From Balanoglossus misakiensis (lineage: Eukaryota; Animalia; Hemichordata), in NCBI GenBank assembly GCA_040954595.2, contig CM082577.2:17954303-18018302 (forward strand): a stretch of 64,000 bases of DNA, given 5' to 3'. The position numbers were made by a program, and so were the translations under genes. Shown one piece after another: positions 1 through 13,181 of the stretch; within the stretch, counting starts at the first letter, position 1, and the number at the start of each line of letters is the position of its first letter. Under the pieces are notes generated by a model. The model was not told the origin of the DNA, searched no databases, and saw nothing but the letters and a program-made list of their open reading frames with translations.

Positions 1-690
1 AATACCGTTAAATATCTTCGGTGCGAGAACAATAGAAAGTTTCAAATACAGGCGTTGCATGTATGATAAATGTACATATGATATCAAGTAAGCTGATACT
101 AGTATACTGTGGTTGAGATGCAGTTTTAATGACTTTATTTTTTAATTGATTATTTCTCCTTATATTTCATGTCCCCCCCCCCACACATTCTATATTTTCT
201 GTTAGCTCTTTACTTGAAGTTTGGTTTATTATCCAAAATTTCTGTTCTCTTTCTTGTTTTGCAAAAAAATGCACGATTTTATGTTTTTTGGCTCTGAAGT
301 GTAAACGGAGGAGTCTATCAAATTGAGTATGAGCTACTACTTCCGTCCGTCAACCTGTCAAGAATTCATACCATTTTCTAGTAGGGGTGTGTAGCTTTAT
401 GTTTTGGGCGGTGGTGTGTAGCTTTGAGGTGTTGAGGAAGAATTGGAACAGTGACAGAAATCGGAACGGATTAGCCAGCAGTGTTTTCGCTACCCGCGAG
501 AAAAAAGTTGTGTTTGGCGAGACGATTTTCATACAAATTAGTCAAACTTGCGAAGCTCTGCTATCTAACATTGTCGTTTGTTTTGCCATGATCAGTGCAC
601 TACAAGTGTGAAAGTGGACCGCTGTTCTGTTCATTGACCATCACCCCCCTGTATCATGAACATCGCAAGGCAATGCAAGGTGGTGTGTGT

Positions 691-710
691 CACGACGTCA
701 CTTCCGGTTT
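691..710. promoter_or_regulatory. Overlapping ETS/CRE-like motif in a CpG-rich putative MRTF promoter region
   Basis: CACGACGTCACTTCCGGTTT reads CCGGAAGTGACGTC on the - strand. A further CCGGAAGTG lies near 1825. The region ~330-1900 is visibly CpG-enriched relative to its flanks. Confidence 0.5.
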
Positions 711-1724
711 AACCCGCTCTTAGTCAGCAAAACATGGTCGACCTAGCAGTGTCACGCGTGTAGCTTTCTGTGCGCAAACGACTTATGTTCTCGTAGGTTA
801 TGTAAAGGAAACTCCGTTCGAACGAAAAACCAATCGAATTTTTATAAGTTCATGTATGTTAGCATCGTTCTGTGAGGAAAGTACTATCGATTTTGTTCCG
901 AGTCGCGATTTTTTGGTGTTTTTTCACTCTGTATGTCAGCTGGCATCATGGCGTACTGTTGCCAACGATCGTACTCGGGCGACGTAGTTTGAAGTTAGCA
1001 GGCAGACTAAACAGCGGTCGCACAGCTTTATTATGTGTATATTTTGAAAGACTAATATGTAATGTGTGTAAAATTGCATGGGAGCCCCAAAGCGCCCCTT
1101 TTATTTTATCGATTTCACTGTATTTGGAAACTGCACTATCTCATAGGCGCCTAACACATCCCTATCCGTATGTGAAGGCCGTGGTGATCGCAACTTTACT
1201 GTAATACTAAATTTTAGAATAACCCTATTACAGTCAACACGTTCCTGAAAAAGACCAACGACATGACGCTCGCTTCGGTACCATTCCAGTGGCAGTAAAA
1301 TTTCCTTTCAAGCACTTACATACGATTTTTATGTGGTAGTTATGGACGCGTGCCGTTTGACTTGCGTAACTAACCACATATTTACAAACATGTATGTAGG
1401 TTTCTTGTACAGTACTCATTGTGCGTAAAGTAAAAAAGTCTTCTGGTTTTCGTTTATTTGCGGTTTGGTCAGTGGTGTGGGATTTAAAAAAATACTGTAC
1501 ATATTTGAGAAGAAAACTGAGTTGTAATAGAACGCATCGAAAAGCTGCAACAGTATGTTGGCCTACGGTAAAGCTTTTCACGCTCGGCGGCCATCATGCA
1601 GCTACGCCCTGTCGGCGTATGCGCAAAGCCCCGCGGCCAGTACATCGATCTGAATAGACGGTTAAAAACGTCAAGCGAGCCGAAAATATCACAGAGAACG
1701 AACTTGGTACCAATCTGTGCACAA

Positions 1725-1793
1725 ATGTCCGGTGTCACAAAAATCGAAAATATCCTACGTAAAAGGTTCAAAGAAAGTGATCGTCCAGACACT
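1725..1793 (+). CDS. Candidate first coding exon of the MRTF-family gene (MSGVTKIENILRKRFKESDRPDT)
   Basis: ATG at 1725 and a strong donor GTAAGT at 1794 (phase 0, in frame with the exon at 8317). ILRKRFKE resembles vertebrate myocardin exon 1 (LIRSKFRS). A weaker GT at 1777 would be in frame with the exon at 5458. Confidence 0.45.
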
Positions 1794-3425
1794 GTAAGTG
1801 CTAACGTGTGTACTCGAGGCCAGCCGGAAGTGAAATGAACGCTTACTCATGTTGGAACTCCCATGGTGCTTTGCGCGTGACACACACCACCTTAGGCAAT
1901 GCATTGAATTCAGCTCTTCCAGCTAGTGGCCGCACTCGCTTGATTTCTACATGTGTGTCTCTGGGGACACAAAGAATTTGCATATGCGTCTTTTCCTAAT
2001 TTGCATATTTTGAATGGGTTAGGTCTGCCTTGACTTGAACGCGTCAAGTGTACAGGTTGTTATGGAAGTTTCTTTTTAGAACCACTAGTGTTAGTCTGTG
2101 GGCCCAACCAGCAAAAAAAGGTTCTAGAAATGTCATTATTTTGTATAGGAGTTTTGTTCTACATGAGATTAGCTGGAAATGACGGGTGGGAAACTATTGA
2201 TGTGAAATCAGGTCACTTTTACCGAAAATGATGGACCAGAGAGCAGTGACTATTTTAAATTATTTCATATACTATGTTCACAACTGCTATGCTCCCATCA
2301 ACTGGGGAAACTAAATGATTTAACTTTCTGTTTGAATAATTCATGTATTTTTTTGCTAACGCCTACACTACTATAGTCAGCACATGACATTATATACTTG
2401 AAAATACTGTTTTTTTCAAAACACATTTCTCATAGCTTGCACTAGTGCAATTTGATATAACAATACACAATGAATTCCATCAGTATAACATAAGATACAA
2501 AATCTGAGAGGAAAATTACAGAATATATTTGTGTGAGGCCATTTGTGAGTGCGGGCAACTTTTAAGACTAAATTTAAAATAGTTATTAGAGCCCTTGACA
2601 TGTGGTTTTTCCCCCTGCCAAGCACCCACCTTATCAGGCTGCATTCAATATTACATGAGCAAAACAGTTCAGCATTTCACATTGGTGTTTGCAAATTGTT
2701 CCTTTCATCCATATACCAAACCACTGTTCTCCAAATATGTTGCTCATCATCCACTACACACTGAGAGAGCACCAAGTGTCATTGACGCTATTTTTTACTC
2801 AAAGGAGTGAAAATAAAAAATGACAATGCCTCAAGATGATCTGTTACCGGCAATTGACAGCTAGGTATAGTGGAGAAAGCAACTTACCATGGAATTTTGA
2901 TATTCACTTTTGTTTTCAAACAATGATACTTTAAAGTGTCAACTGTCGATTTTTGCATAAATTATCGACTTTTGTTCACTTGTGTAGTGATTTCTTTTGT
3001 TCTATCAACTTTATTGATAATCTGATGTAAGTTTTTGGAGATGGGTATTGTTCCCTTCCTCAGGCTAAAAATCAGAACAATCTGTGCACGTGTTGCTATG
3101 TTACACTCTTTTGAAGTTACACACCAGAGCCCAAAACTGAAAAGAGAAAATCGACAATTTGTGTGAACGGCACTTTCAGTTGGAAAAAAACGATCATAAA
3201 TAGTACTTACTCACTGTTTTGTATGAAGTAGCATAATACTTGAGACCAAGTCATTTTCATCTAGAATGTTTTACAAGTTCATAAAATGGGGGAATTGGGG
3301 GGAAAAACCATTACTGTCTGATGAGTACAATAATAAGGTTTGTTTGTTTATACAGCAAACACGGGACTGTTAATCCTTGCCACTTGATAACTTCTCCAAA
3401 CGACACTAAGCCAGTTAGTATTAAA

Positions 3426-4415
3426 GGGCGTTCTCACTGGCACGTTTACACCGGTGCTACACCGGTGTAGATTTGACACCGACGGAAAAAAACAAGTGAG
3501 AACGCTTTACGCCGGTGCTGGGCCGGTGTTAATTTGCGATGGCGATGAGGGGTGGGTCTGGGCCAGTGCTGGGCCAGCGCTCCGACGCAAATATGCAGTG
3601 AGAACGCAAAGATAAACAAACACCGTTCAAAAGCGCCACCCTGCAGTGACTTTTGGGTATGTTTATTAGGTATAGCCCATTGTTTTTGGTCAGTTTCCAT
3701 TGCACTGGTGTCGAAACTTTAGTATAAAGTTTCGACACCGGTGTAGGGCTAGTGTTTACTCTCTGCAAACACAGGGGATTAGCCCACAGAATCTCCGTGT
3801 GTCCACACACTAAACTTTTGACCACTGTTTTGAAATAAACACCGTCTAAATGGCCATGTTTAGCAACACGGCAACTAACAAAATTGAGGACGTCGAGGAC
3901 ATTACAGCAACATGTTTCAGTTTCTATACCTGCATATGCGTTCTAGACGACTTTGTCGTCTTCATGACAGTTTTGAGAATGTTTAGAAGTAAATGAATGT
4001 TAATCCATAAATGGAAAATGCCTCAGCTTTTCGGTGATCGAGAGAACCTTCTGAAAGTTGGTGGCAGACAGAAGTGTTGCAGACCTGGCAAACCGCGAAT
4101 GGTTTGAAAACCACTCGCGTCCAGTGTGATTGACTTCACAATGGAAACTGACCAAAGACAATGGGCTATACCTAATAAACATACCCAAAAGTCACAGCAG
4201 GGTGGCGCTTTTGAACGGTGTTTGTTTATCTTTGCGTTCTCACTGACTATTTGCGTCGGAGCGCTGGCCCAGCACTGGCCCTGACCCACCCCTCATCGCC
4301 GTCGCAAATTAACACCGGCCCAACATCGGTGTAAAGCGTTCTCACTTGTTTTTGTCCGTCGTTGTCAAATCTACACCGGTGTAGCACCGGTGTAAACATG
4401 CCAGTGAGAACGCCC
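3426..4415. mobile_element. Foldback/MITE-like non-autonomous DNA transposon with ~280 bp terminal inverted repeats
   Basis: GGGCGTTCTCACTGGCACGTTTACACCGGTG at 3426 is mirrored by CACCGGTGTAAACATGCCAGTGAGAACGCCC ending at 4415. The arms ~3426-3700 and ~4140-4415 are near-complementary. Confidence 0.85.
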
Positions 4416-5457
4416 CAATAGTATACACTTCTGAAAACCCATTTTAATCTTATTGTCTCACTCCTACCATAACATGTTTTAGTAATTGTACATGTGCGGA
4501 TGTTTCATTGCTACATGTCCGGTCAATAAGTCTGTGCCACGGAGCATGATGATCGAGCCCTGATGGAAGCCATAGTTGACCATCATGCTGGAAGTTGCTG
4601 GACAAAGCATTCCTGTCAAACTTCCTGTTAACTAGCCTAAATTTTGAAAAGTCAGATTTGCATATCTTGAAGTTATCTCCCCTGGGCTCCTGGGAATTGG
4701 TTAGCAAATTTCAACACTAATCTGGTGAGTGACAGTTAATCCGAAATGTTTATAACTGTACGCACAAGTGTTGATAAATTTACACATGTTTACAAGTGTG
4801 ACCCGGTATAACTGTTTTAATTAAAAAATAATACAAATTCTAATGGTTTGAAATATTGAAAAAAGTAAAAATCACCAAAAAATTGCAATAAACCTGGATC
4901 TCAGCCTGAAAAATGTTCCTATTTTGTTCATAGAATTTTTGCTAGACAACTTCTCTCATATAATCATATGTGTGTAGCAGTACATTTGTATCGATTCAAA
5001 ACTAGAGGAAATGGGAAGGGTCCATGAACTTTTCTTTTCAATTAAATGTAATTTATAATCTAAGTGTAGTTTCTCTCTTAAATGTGTATTTCAATGTATA
5101 CTGTATAAATCATCAAATGCTGTATATGGAAATGTCCATTGTAAGACTAAGAGTAAGTGTGACAATGTGAAAGAGACTGCAGTCCTAACACCTGCCATGC
5201 TATCATGTAGTGGTATTTATCAAACAGCTATGATATTACATTTGACTGCCCATATGTACTTTCTGTTTGTTGCCCATAGAAGTCTAGGGCAACTAATAGA
5301 TGGTTTCTTATCGGTACACTGTAGCTAATACGATGTCGGTCTCCCAATTACTCCAATTTTTGTTGCCTATCCACAGACATTACCAGAAAGTTGAATGGAG
5401 GAGAGTGTTCGGCTGCAACAATGTATGTCATTGACGTCTTCTTTTATTATATTGCAG

Positions 5458-5513
5458 CTTTGAAGACATCGCCATTGCTGTATGAACAGAGACTAAGACT
5501 TGTCAGGGCACAG
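5458..5513 (+). CDS. MRTF: MRTF/myocardin exon (RPEL1-RPEL2 spacer: LKTSPLLYEQRLRLVRAQ)
   Basis: TTGCAG acceptor, CAG|GTCAGT donor, 56 nt. Similar to the MRTF segment PLKSPAAFHEQRRSLERAR. The phase-0 end fits the next exon. Confidence 0.8.
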
Positions 5514-5842
5514 GTCAGTAACCCACTTAAAAAATTCAGACAAAAGGACAGACAAGTTCAAGATTGTCTCAATTGTTTGCCACCCAAAACTGTCTTGAGG
5601 CACACAAGTATTTATTGTAAAAGATATGTGTCTACTCTAGAAGGTATCAGATGTTGAAACTTCATTCACATGTGAACCTAACGACTTTATTTAAGTAATC
5701 CACATATTTGGCTTCCTTTGGGACTGACAGTGTAATTTACATTGGAAAATGCACTCAAGGCTGCTTTTGCAACTTTTGCATAAGTTGTTCTTATTATCAA
5801 TGAATATGGCATGTATGAATGACAAAAGGAACAATGAAAAAA

Positions 5843-6490
5843 TTAAAGCTGCGTCAGCGGGGCCCAAGCGGTTCCCATGGTTACCATGAATGCCAAGGAT
5901 GTATCTGCTTGGGCTGGGGATACTAAGATGTGGGACAGCAGGTCAAAATTCACTGTGAGATCACCAAAAATTTTGTCACAAATTTTTGATTTGGGTCATG
6001 TCCTGGCAGCGGTGGTACCCATGTGCACAAAATTCATGACTGTGGTGGTTTTACAAGAGGAGGTATAAGTTATAGGCACGTTTTAGGTTCATAAAAAAAC
6101 TGGGTCAAAGGTCATGTCAAAATTGCCATAAAAAATTGTGACAAGTTCCAGATTTTTACTCTCATATCCTACAAGCAGGATGGAAGTAGTGTGTGGTCGA
6201 GCGTTCATTCACTATATATCCACATCTAAAATAACATAAGCACCGTCTTGTACCAAACAAAATTAATGGAATAAAGGGCAGCGAGAGAGAGACTTTGTCC
6301 TTTTAAAGGTTTTCAGAAAATCCAATATGGCTGCCCGGTCACGTGACTAATCAAATATTCATGAGTCACTGCATGTCTATTCATTGGCCCCTTTCACCAT
6401 ACCAAGTTTGAGCCCAGAGGTGCTGCAGTTTTCCAGATTTAGCTGACCGAAGATTTGGGGAAGAATAATAATAAGATGAAGAAACATTCC
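5843..6490 (+). mobile_element. Partial Helentron/Helitron2-like non-autonomous repeat related to the 35789-37867 element
   Basis: Begins TTAAAGCTGC...GGGGCCCAAGC like the 35789 element and shares its GTCACGTGACTAAT/CCAAGTTT block and (AAG/AAT)n tract. Confidence 0.45.
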
Positions 6491-6569
6491 AACAATTGAG
6501 GAAATTGGCAATGAAACTGAGCAGAACAGAAACAGACAGACACAGAAAACCCCCTTGTGTTATAGTGAA

Positions 6570-7562
6570 CAGTCAGGACGTAAGTGGGGTAATTACGGCG
6601 GTGAGATCAAAGAGATCTATTTGAATGTGAACGTCGCTGAGTGGCAGTTACGGCCAGTTCGAAAAATTTTCAAACGGAGATTTTCGGTACTACAAGTGAT
6701 CGTAGTGCACCCATTTTGCTAAGACGTGTATGAAACACCATAGTCAATGATAGGATGATTTTTCGTGAAGTTTTAACGACGCGTTCCCGAGATAGACAGT
6801 TTCGGTATGTTGGTTTAAATTGTGGTCCTTGACTCTCGGCAAAGATTTCTTGTCTTGAAAAAAATTGGGTAGGTTAGGAAGATATTGAACTAAGTTACCG
6901 TGAAATTATAATGTTGTGAGCCGCTCCGTTGTGGAGTAATGACGGTGTAAAAATTGCCTTCGCCATCGACGAGTACAGCCGTGTTTGCCATATGTGTATG
7001 CATTGAAGTAGGTCAACGCATGTTAACCCATGACGTAATGGCTTCCTTTTCAACGCGTCGTTATCTCTCATTAGCATATTACATACGGACTCTATACACT
7101 ATCCACGCTGACTGACTTCTCAGGACTGACCTATGGCACTGTAAATTGTGGTCCTTGACTCTCGGCATGGATATATTCATGTCAAAATTATGAATAGAGG
7201 AGTTTAATAATGTTTCTAAAACCTGAGGGGGTTAATTTTTGTGTGGGTATGGCTGATATTTTTTTTTTTTTTTTTTTAACTTCAAGGTCACTTTGAATTT
7301 CATGATCACAATTTTGTCAGTGGAAGTAAAGAAATTCTTCTCAATAAAACTTCATGAAAAATCACATGTAGTACACTCATAGTACCAGTAATGTGCCTGG
7401 GGTGAAATAATTGTCAGAAATGGGTTGCAAGTTGCTAAACTTTCGTTGTGAAAAAAGTTGAAAAACTGTATGCAAATGAGCAATTCAAACGTTACTGGCC
7501 AGTTCAAGTGTTTGCATTGCATGATCCCCTGCTGTTTAATTACCCCACTTACGTCCTGACTG
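6570..7562. mobile_element. Non-autonomous DNA transposon with perfect 26-bp TIRs and a possible 2-bp (AA) TSD
   Basis: CAGTCAGGACGTAAGTGGGGTAATTA (6570-6595) and its reverse complement (7537-7562), with AA on both sides. Confidence 0.8.
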
Positions 7563-8000
7563 AACACCTATTGCCTGGCCATGAGGGCCATAGCAGCCGT
7601 TTATTACACCCGAGGGGCTGTGAGTTACCAGAATCATATGCTATTTCCCGAGGCCGCAGGCCGAGGGAAATAGCATATGATTCTGGTAACTCACAGTCAC
7701 GAGGGGGTAAAAACGGCTGCTATTGCCCGAATATAGGCCAGGCTATAGGAGTTTTATAATAAACCTCATGCTAACAGCTGGGAAAATCTTGCAATTTTCT
7801 CTTGAGGCTGGCAGACGACATCTTCCGCGGTGGCCATTGTGTCAGACGACGCAACGCTGATTGACGTGACCACGTTGGTCACGTGACCGGTTTATATTTT
7901 TTCTGCTATTTCCCTAGCGGTTCATAGTCAATTCTATTTTCCTATCACGTGACGGATTCCGGCGAATCACGGCACAGTATTAGCATGAGGTATATTATAA
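7563..8000. mobile_element. Hairpin plus subterminal-inverted-repeat element (Crypton-like non-autonomous)
   Basis: A ~190 bp palindrome centred on CCGAGGCCGCAGGCCGAGG (~7650-7666), then the inverted pair TATAATAAACCTCATGCTAA (7755-7774) / TTAGCATGAGGTATATTATA (7980-7999). Confidence 0.65.
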
Positions 8001-8316
8001 TTCCATCTATTACCTCCTCATCTGCTTACAGAATGTCAACTCAACACTTGCCCAGTGTCTGCCCCCTACTTAAATTATCAACTCTTGCAACACAGCTTTA
8101 ATATAAAAACTGACTGCCATACTACAGATAAGTGTTAACATCACATTCTGCCCACTGACTTCAGTTTATACCCACTTGATCAAACTACCCATTGACAAGA
8201 GTGGCATCTGTCATCTACTTTGACTTGTTTTGTTATACATGTATTTCATAAGAGACATCATTTGCAACTGAATGCGAGACCACACTTCAAAATCTTGTTT
8301 TGTATTTTCTATACAG

Positions 8317-8392
8317 GTTGGAGATAGCCTTCAACGAAAAATAAGAATGAGACCAGACAGAGATGAGTTAGTTAAACATCATATTTTGGAAG
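8317..8392 (+). CDS. MRTF: MRTF exon, RPEL repeat (VGDSLQRKIRMRPDRDELVKHHILE)
   Basis: ATACAG acceptor, G|GTAAGG donor, RPxxxEL motif. Confidence 0.93.
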
Positions 8393-9600
8393 GTAAGGAA
8401 GGAGTCATAATACAATCAGTTATAACCAGGTTCTGTGTTTTGAATTTAAAAAGTTTATATGCAAATTAACAATTGACGTTGATGTGTGGATTTCAGCAGA
8501 GAAGTACTTGTATGGCCCCTGAAAAAAATCAGCTATTTTGGCAGTTTTCAGACTGATTCTTTCAACGGTATCACGTCTCAGCGTGACAAGAACCAAAAAA
8601 GATAAATTTCATTGAGCAGAATTATGTTCTCTCTCAGTGTGTCAAAGTTGATCGTCCTACGTGGTCTGTGAAGAAAGCCTTAGGGATTTTTGTGTACGGT
8701 ACAAAATCTTTTGTGAACAAAATCAGTGGTCACCAGACGCACACACTAGTGCTGATGGATACTTAGCCCCCCACTTGTGTGGCGGAAGTGTCCTGCTATG
8801 GCTGCACCACCTCTGAGTTGAAGGTGGCATAGCCATAGCTGCACCACCTCCTGGTTGGATCTTCAGAGCTTTTTTGTTGACAACAGAGTGTACTGTCCTT
8901 TCAAGGCCCATAGTAACTAAAAAAAAAGATATGGAGACCCCATCTTATAGACAAAGTATGAGCAAGTGCTCCTCACTTTCTACTTTCGCCGTTGATAATC
9001 TAATTGCCAACACTAGAGGGAGTGTGTTGTGAAACCAGTACATGTACTGTTAAATCAACTGACACTGGCTCAAACATTGTTAAATTGAATACATACACTG
9101 ATTTGCACAAAGCATAAATGATCCAATCAAGTGTTCCTGTATGACAACATGGACCACTAACCCTGTACATGTTGTATACATAAAAATACATGGTAGCTTA
9201 ACCCTAACGCTGTTTTGCCTTGGTCACATGATAACTCAAAAACTGGACCAAGACACTGTCAATCAAGGGCCATGGAGGATCTGTATACATGTAGTGTTTT
9301 GGTGAACAGTGATCCATATTTTGGGGCAAAATTGTTCTGGTTATTTTCTGCTATTCATCATGGTCATGAAATTGTATAAGTCCCTGCAAAGCAAAGCCTT
9401 TATAGAATGAGTCTTATCCCGACCTGTCAATTTGTTGCAAAATTGTAATCTGCTATTTTTGCACCAATTTATACATGTATGGACATTATGTGTATGAACA
9501 TTCAGTTGTACAGTTTACACATCACGCACTGTAAATCTTAAGAAAATGCATGACATAATCTAAAAAAGAATCTTTGTTGTCTTTGATGTACTATTGACAG

Positions 9601-9762
9601 ACACTACAGTTGAACCATTCGTCCATACCAACCAAATGAGACTAAAACGTGCCAGATTGTCCAGTGACCTGAATGAGAAAATAAAGCACAGACCAGGACC
9701 ATTAGAATTAATTGAAGGAAACATTCTGAAAACAGAACCTGAAGTTGAAGATGCTGTCAAGC
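9601..9762 (+). CDS. MRTF: MRTF exon, basic B2 region and last RPEL (RLKRARLSSDLNEKIKHRPGPLELIEGNIL)
   Basis: TGACAG acceptor, C|GTAAGT donor, phase 1/1 consistent with both neighbours, hallmark RPGPLEL motif. Confidence 0.95.
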
Positions 9763-9824
9763 GTAAGTTTCTTTTTTCAGCTGACTGGAGTGTTGCAAAT
9801 GTGGGTATCACTCACTGGAGACTA

Positions 9825-10200
9825 TGCGTAGGGCGATACGCTACGCTAATATCCTCGTGCATACTTTGCGTTTTTTTCATAATAACCTTATTATTATACA
9901 TCTTACATCTTGGTTAGTTCTTGTGTTCCATATTAATTGGCTTTCAAAACGCCCAAACGCCGGTACAATTGATCGTAATTGCTCAGCTGAAACACAGTGA
10001 GCAGCCATCTTTCTTTTCTGTTTATGTGCGTTGGGATGTCTTGAAACCGTCCGCATAACAGCGCATACCTGTACACGGTGAGTTGGGGCGCCTTGAAACT
10101 TAAGGCGTATTTTAACACGCATTCCGTACGCATCGTTCTGCATGGCTTTTTAGTGCATGCCAAATTCTATTGTTCTCGGTGCCAGATGTATAATTATGTT
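9825..10200. mobile_element. Truncated inverted copy of the 40788-41232 hairpin element
   Basis: Reverse-complement match to ~40800-41190 (e.g. GCATACCTGTACACGGTGAGTTGGGGCGCCTTGAAAC). Inverted pair TTATACATCT / AGATGTATAA. Confidence 0.75.
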
Positions 10201-10680
10201 GTGTACTGTGAGTATGTGTGCTGAAAATGCAACTTCATAAGTTGCAAACACAACATTGAGGTCAAAAATGGGTGATAGTGAGTTAAAAATGGGAGGTTGT
10301 GGGTTGAATTTTGGTCTTGATTACGCTCCATAATGACCACCTGGCAGCCAGTTGATGATTTCTAGTTTGTAACTATTACTCACATATTTCAACTAATTTT
10401 ATACAAACTTTAACCTTAGTGCACCATGATGTACATGGGAACATCATACAGGCTGAAATCTTGTTACAATTATTTTGAGAGCCATTTTGCAGACACACCT
10501 TTTCTGATGTCATTCTAACATGACTTCTTTAAAATTGTTCTTACTCTATAGATGCAGCAATGACTGTATTGTTGGCAATGACGTATAGTTAAGATCAGAG
10601 ACATATCCATCACTACTCTGCAAGAGACTTGTGCATAGTTTTGCAAGTTGCATATTGTTAGTGAAACTTCTGTTTGTTAA

Positions 10681-11177
10681 GATGGGGCACCCTTATCTTT
10701 TTACCCGTTGCTATGGGTCGTTTTTAGACATTACACCCCGCTTTGGACTAAACGGTTTTTAGAGTCTAACAAGGGGCTGGTAACTAGTTGAAATCTGCAC
10801 GATTGTGAGCGTGCGCTATTCAGTGACCTCAAAAACGAACTTGATACGATTTCATTAGTTGCTTGAACCAGAGAAGATTGTGAAGGACTTTGTTTTTGAA
10901 TAAGGTCGTTTGAATCAGTGGATTTCAGCATACCCGTACCACCCCTGGAAAAGTCACCAATCTAGCACTGACCGCTGCTTTGCCGTACTTGCGTGGTGGC
11001 CTATGGCCGGGCGGTAGCTGCCGTAACCATACTCGGACAGGGGGTGTGCACACAATCGTGTGATTTTCAACTAGTTACAAGCCCCTTGTCGGACGTTCAT
11101 ATAGGTTTTGTTCAAAACTGAGTGTGCTGTCCTATAAAGGCCCATAGCAACGGGCAAAAAGATATGGGTGCTCCATC
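10681..11177. mobile_element. MITE with TTAA TSD and GA...TC ends (Kolobok-like)
   Basis: TTAA|GATGGGGCACCCTTATCTTTTTACCCGTTGCTATGGG ... CCCATAGCAACGGGCAAAAAGATATGGGTGCTCCATC|TTAA. A degenerate right end also lies at ~8905-8946. Confidence 0.8.
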
Positions 11178-11253
11178 TTAAGTGCAGATGGCTTTAGCTT
11201 ATATTGATGATAGTTTTGAGAAAAAACCAATGTTAATGTTCTTGTGCCAACAG

Positions 11254-13181
11254 GCGGTGAAGTACCATTTGTGAAGACCAACAGTATGGATGTTAGTGAG
11301 CTGGATGTCTTCAATGATGATACTCACGATGTAAGCGATGATGCACTGTCACCTCCTCAGCAGACAGAAACTGTTCATGTTAGTACAGCCACAGTGAGTA
11401 CAGGCATTCCATCACCACCAGATCTGGGCCCACTTCTTGAAAAACTGGACCATCCCATTGATGATACATCCACCAATCAGCAGCACGTGTTTAGCTGGTC
11501 CGCTAATGCCACCACTAACAGTAGTGCATCACAGGCTACTATGAGCATAGCTAATGCCATCAGTAGGGTAACACAGCAAGTTGTTACACAGCAACAGCAA
11601 CAACAGCAGCAGCAACAACAACAACAACAACAACAACAACAGCAAGCTGCTCAAGGATTGAAATTATCACAACCCAAACAAATGAAGAAAAGCAACAAAC
11701 CTAAGAAGACTAAACCAAAAGAAATCAAATTCCACGAGTATAAACCTCCAAATGAACAAGCAAGTAAGAAAGAACCTGAGCCTGCCCTCGACTCTTCATA
11801 CAATGTGTTACTGCAACAACAGCAATTGTTCCTACAGCTGCAGTTGCAGTTACAACATCAGAATCAACAAGGGCAGTTCATCTTGCCCAACACGACAGGT
11901 TCTACATTGCAACAGGAAATACAACTGCAACAACAACAGCATCAAGTGACTAGTACAGTTACATCTACCAGTACTGCCCCTGCAACAACTGTAGCACGTG
12001 CCTCTGCACCTTTAAGTTCAAGCACCGGAAATGCCACAAATAGCAGCAGTGAGACTAACAAATCACGTAGTCAAAATAATCTGGAAGATATGAAAGTGCC
12101 TGAACTGAGGGCAGAGCTCAAAAGTCGAGGGCTTCCTGTGTCTGGCACTAAACAACAACTGTTGGATCGTTTAAGAGCAGCAGAGAGTAAAACTAACTCA
12201 AGCTACTCAACACCAAGTTATGCACTTGTAACTTCACCAGATCTGAAAAAGGTTGCCAGTTCACCAGATATGATAACTGATGACAATTTAGGAAGCAGTA
12301 TAAGTAGTGCACCAGGATCTGTCAGCTCCCCACCAGTGTCACCTAGCAATTCAGAATTCAGTAGTTCTCTGAATATACCCTCTTCACCTATGAGTGTAGC
12401 CGATCCCTTGTCACCACCACAAGCTCAGACAACTGTTCAAAATCAGCATCCTCTTGCATGTATTGGTAGCCCAGTCAAGGTCGTTGCTCCAAGTCAGAAT
12501 GTCATCCTGTCTAACCAATCAGCTGTGACAAGTCCAGTGTCATTCAGTGTAGCAACATCGGATTCACCCTTGGCAAGCAGTGTTAATGTTGCACCAATGG
12601 ACGTGGATACGAATAGCAATTCTTCAGAAATGATGGATTTAGACCCGCAGAAAAGTTCTCTGTTGCTCTTACATCAAAAGATGCTAATAGGACAGCTGCA
12701 GCAAAGACTTGAATCAACAACTCGACAGTTGCAAGAAAGGGAACGTCAAGTGAAGCAACTTGAAAGGACCACACCTGAAATCCAGTCATTATCAGTGGCA
12801 CCTCCAAAAACAGTTCAGTCGCCGCCGCCACCACCACCACCTCCCCCACCACCTCCCCCTCTGCCAGCCATCAACATACTCCTGAATGCTCAACCACATC
12901 ATACACAGTCACTGACTCCAAGATATCAAGCACCTCCTGTTCCTAATCTGTTTGATGACAAAGACAAACCACCGCAGCAGGTAATATTAGCTTTGCCTAA
13001 TGGTGGCCAAACTCTTATTTTACCAACAAGTGCAGCCCAGACAGTAACCACAAAGTCAGCATCAATGCCAAGTAGCCCCACAGAGTCCAACCCTATACCT
13101 GGTACCTTGGGATTACACAAATCACACACCAATCCTTCATTTCCGCCACCATCTTATAGTGAAGCTGTAAGCAGAAGAAAT
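11254..13181 (+). CDS. MRTF: MRTF large exon: polyQ, basic B1 box, Q-rich domain, SAP domain, leucine zipper, polyPro, PPSY
   Basis: Lies within the 650-aa ORF, with KPKEIKFHEYKPP, LDSSYNVLLQQQQLFLQLQL, SAP (MKVPELRAELKSRGLPVSGTKQQLLDRL) and a coiled coil. CAACAG acceptor and AAT|GTGAGT donor. Confidence 0.95.
11589..11645 (+). repeat. CAG/CAA polyglutamine tract in MRTF
   Basis: Run of about 19 Gln codons in the ORF. Confidence 0.9.

Noticed and set aside
2149-2211. Possible missing RPEL1 exon (VLFYMRLAG...)
   Set aside because: The phase fits but there is no RPxxxEL-like motif and the donor is weak.
11131-11140. Perfect CArG box (CCTATAAAGG) in an MRTF intron, suggesting SRF autoregulation
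   Set aside because: It lies inside a MITE, and other CArG matches occur in unrelated repeats (~22854, 36021), so chance occurrence is sufficient.
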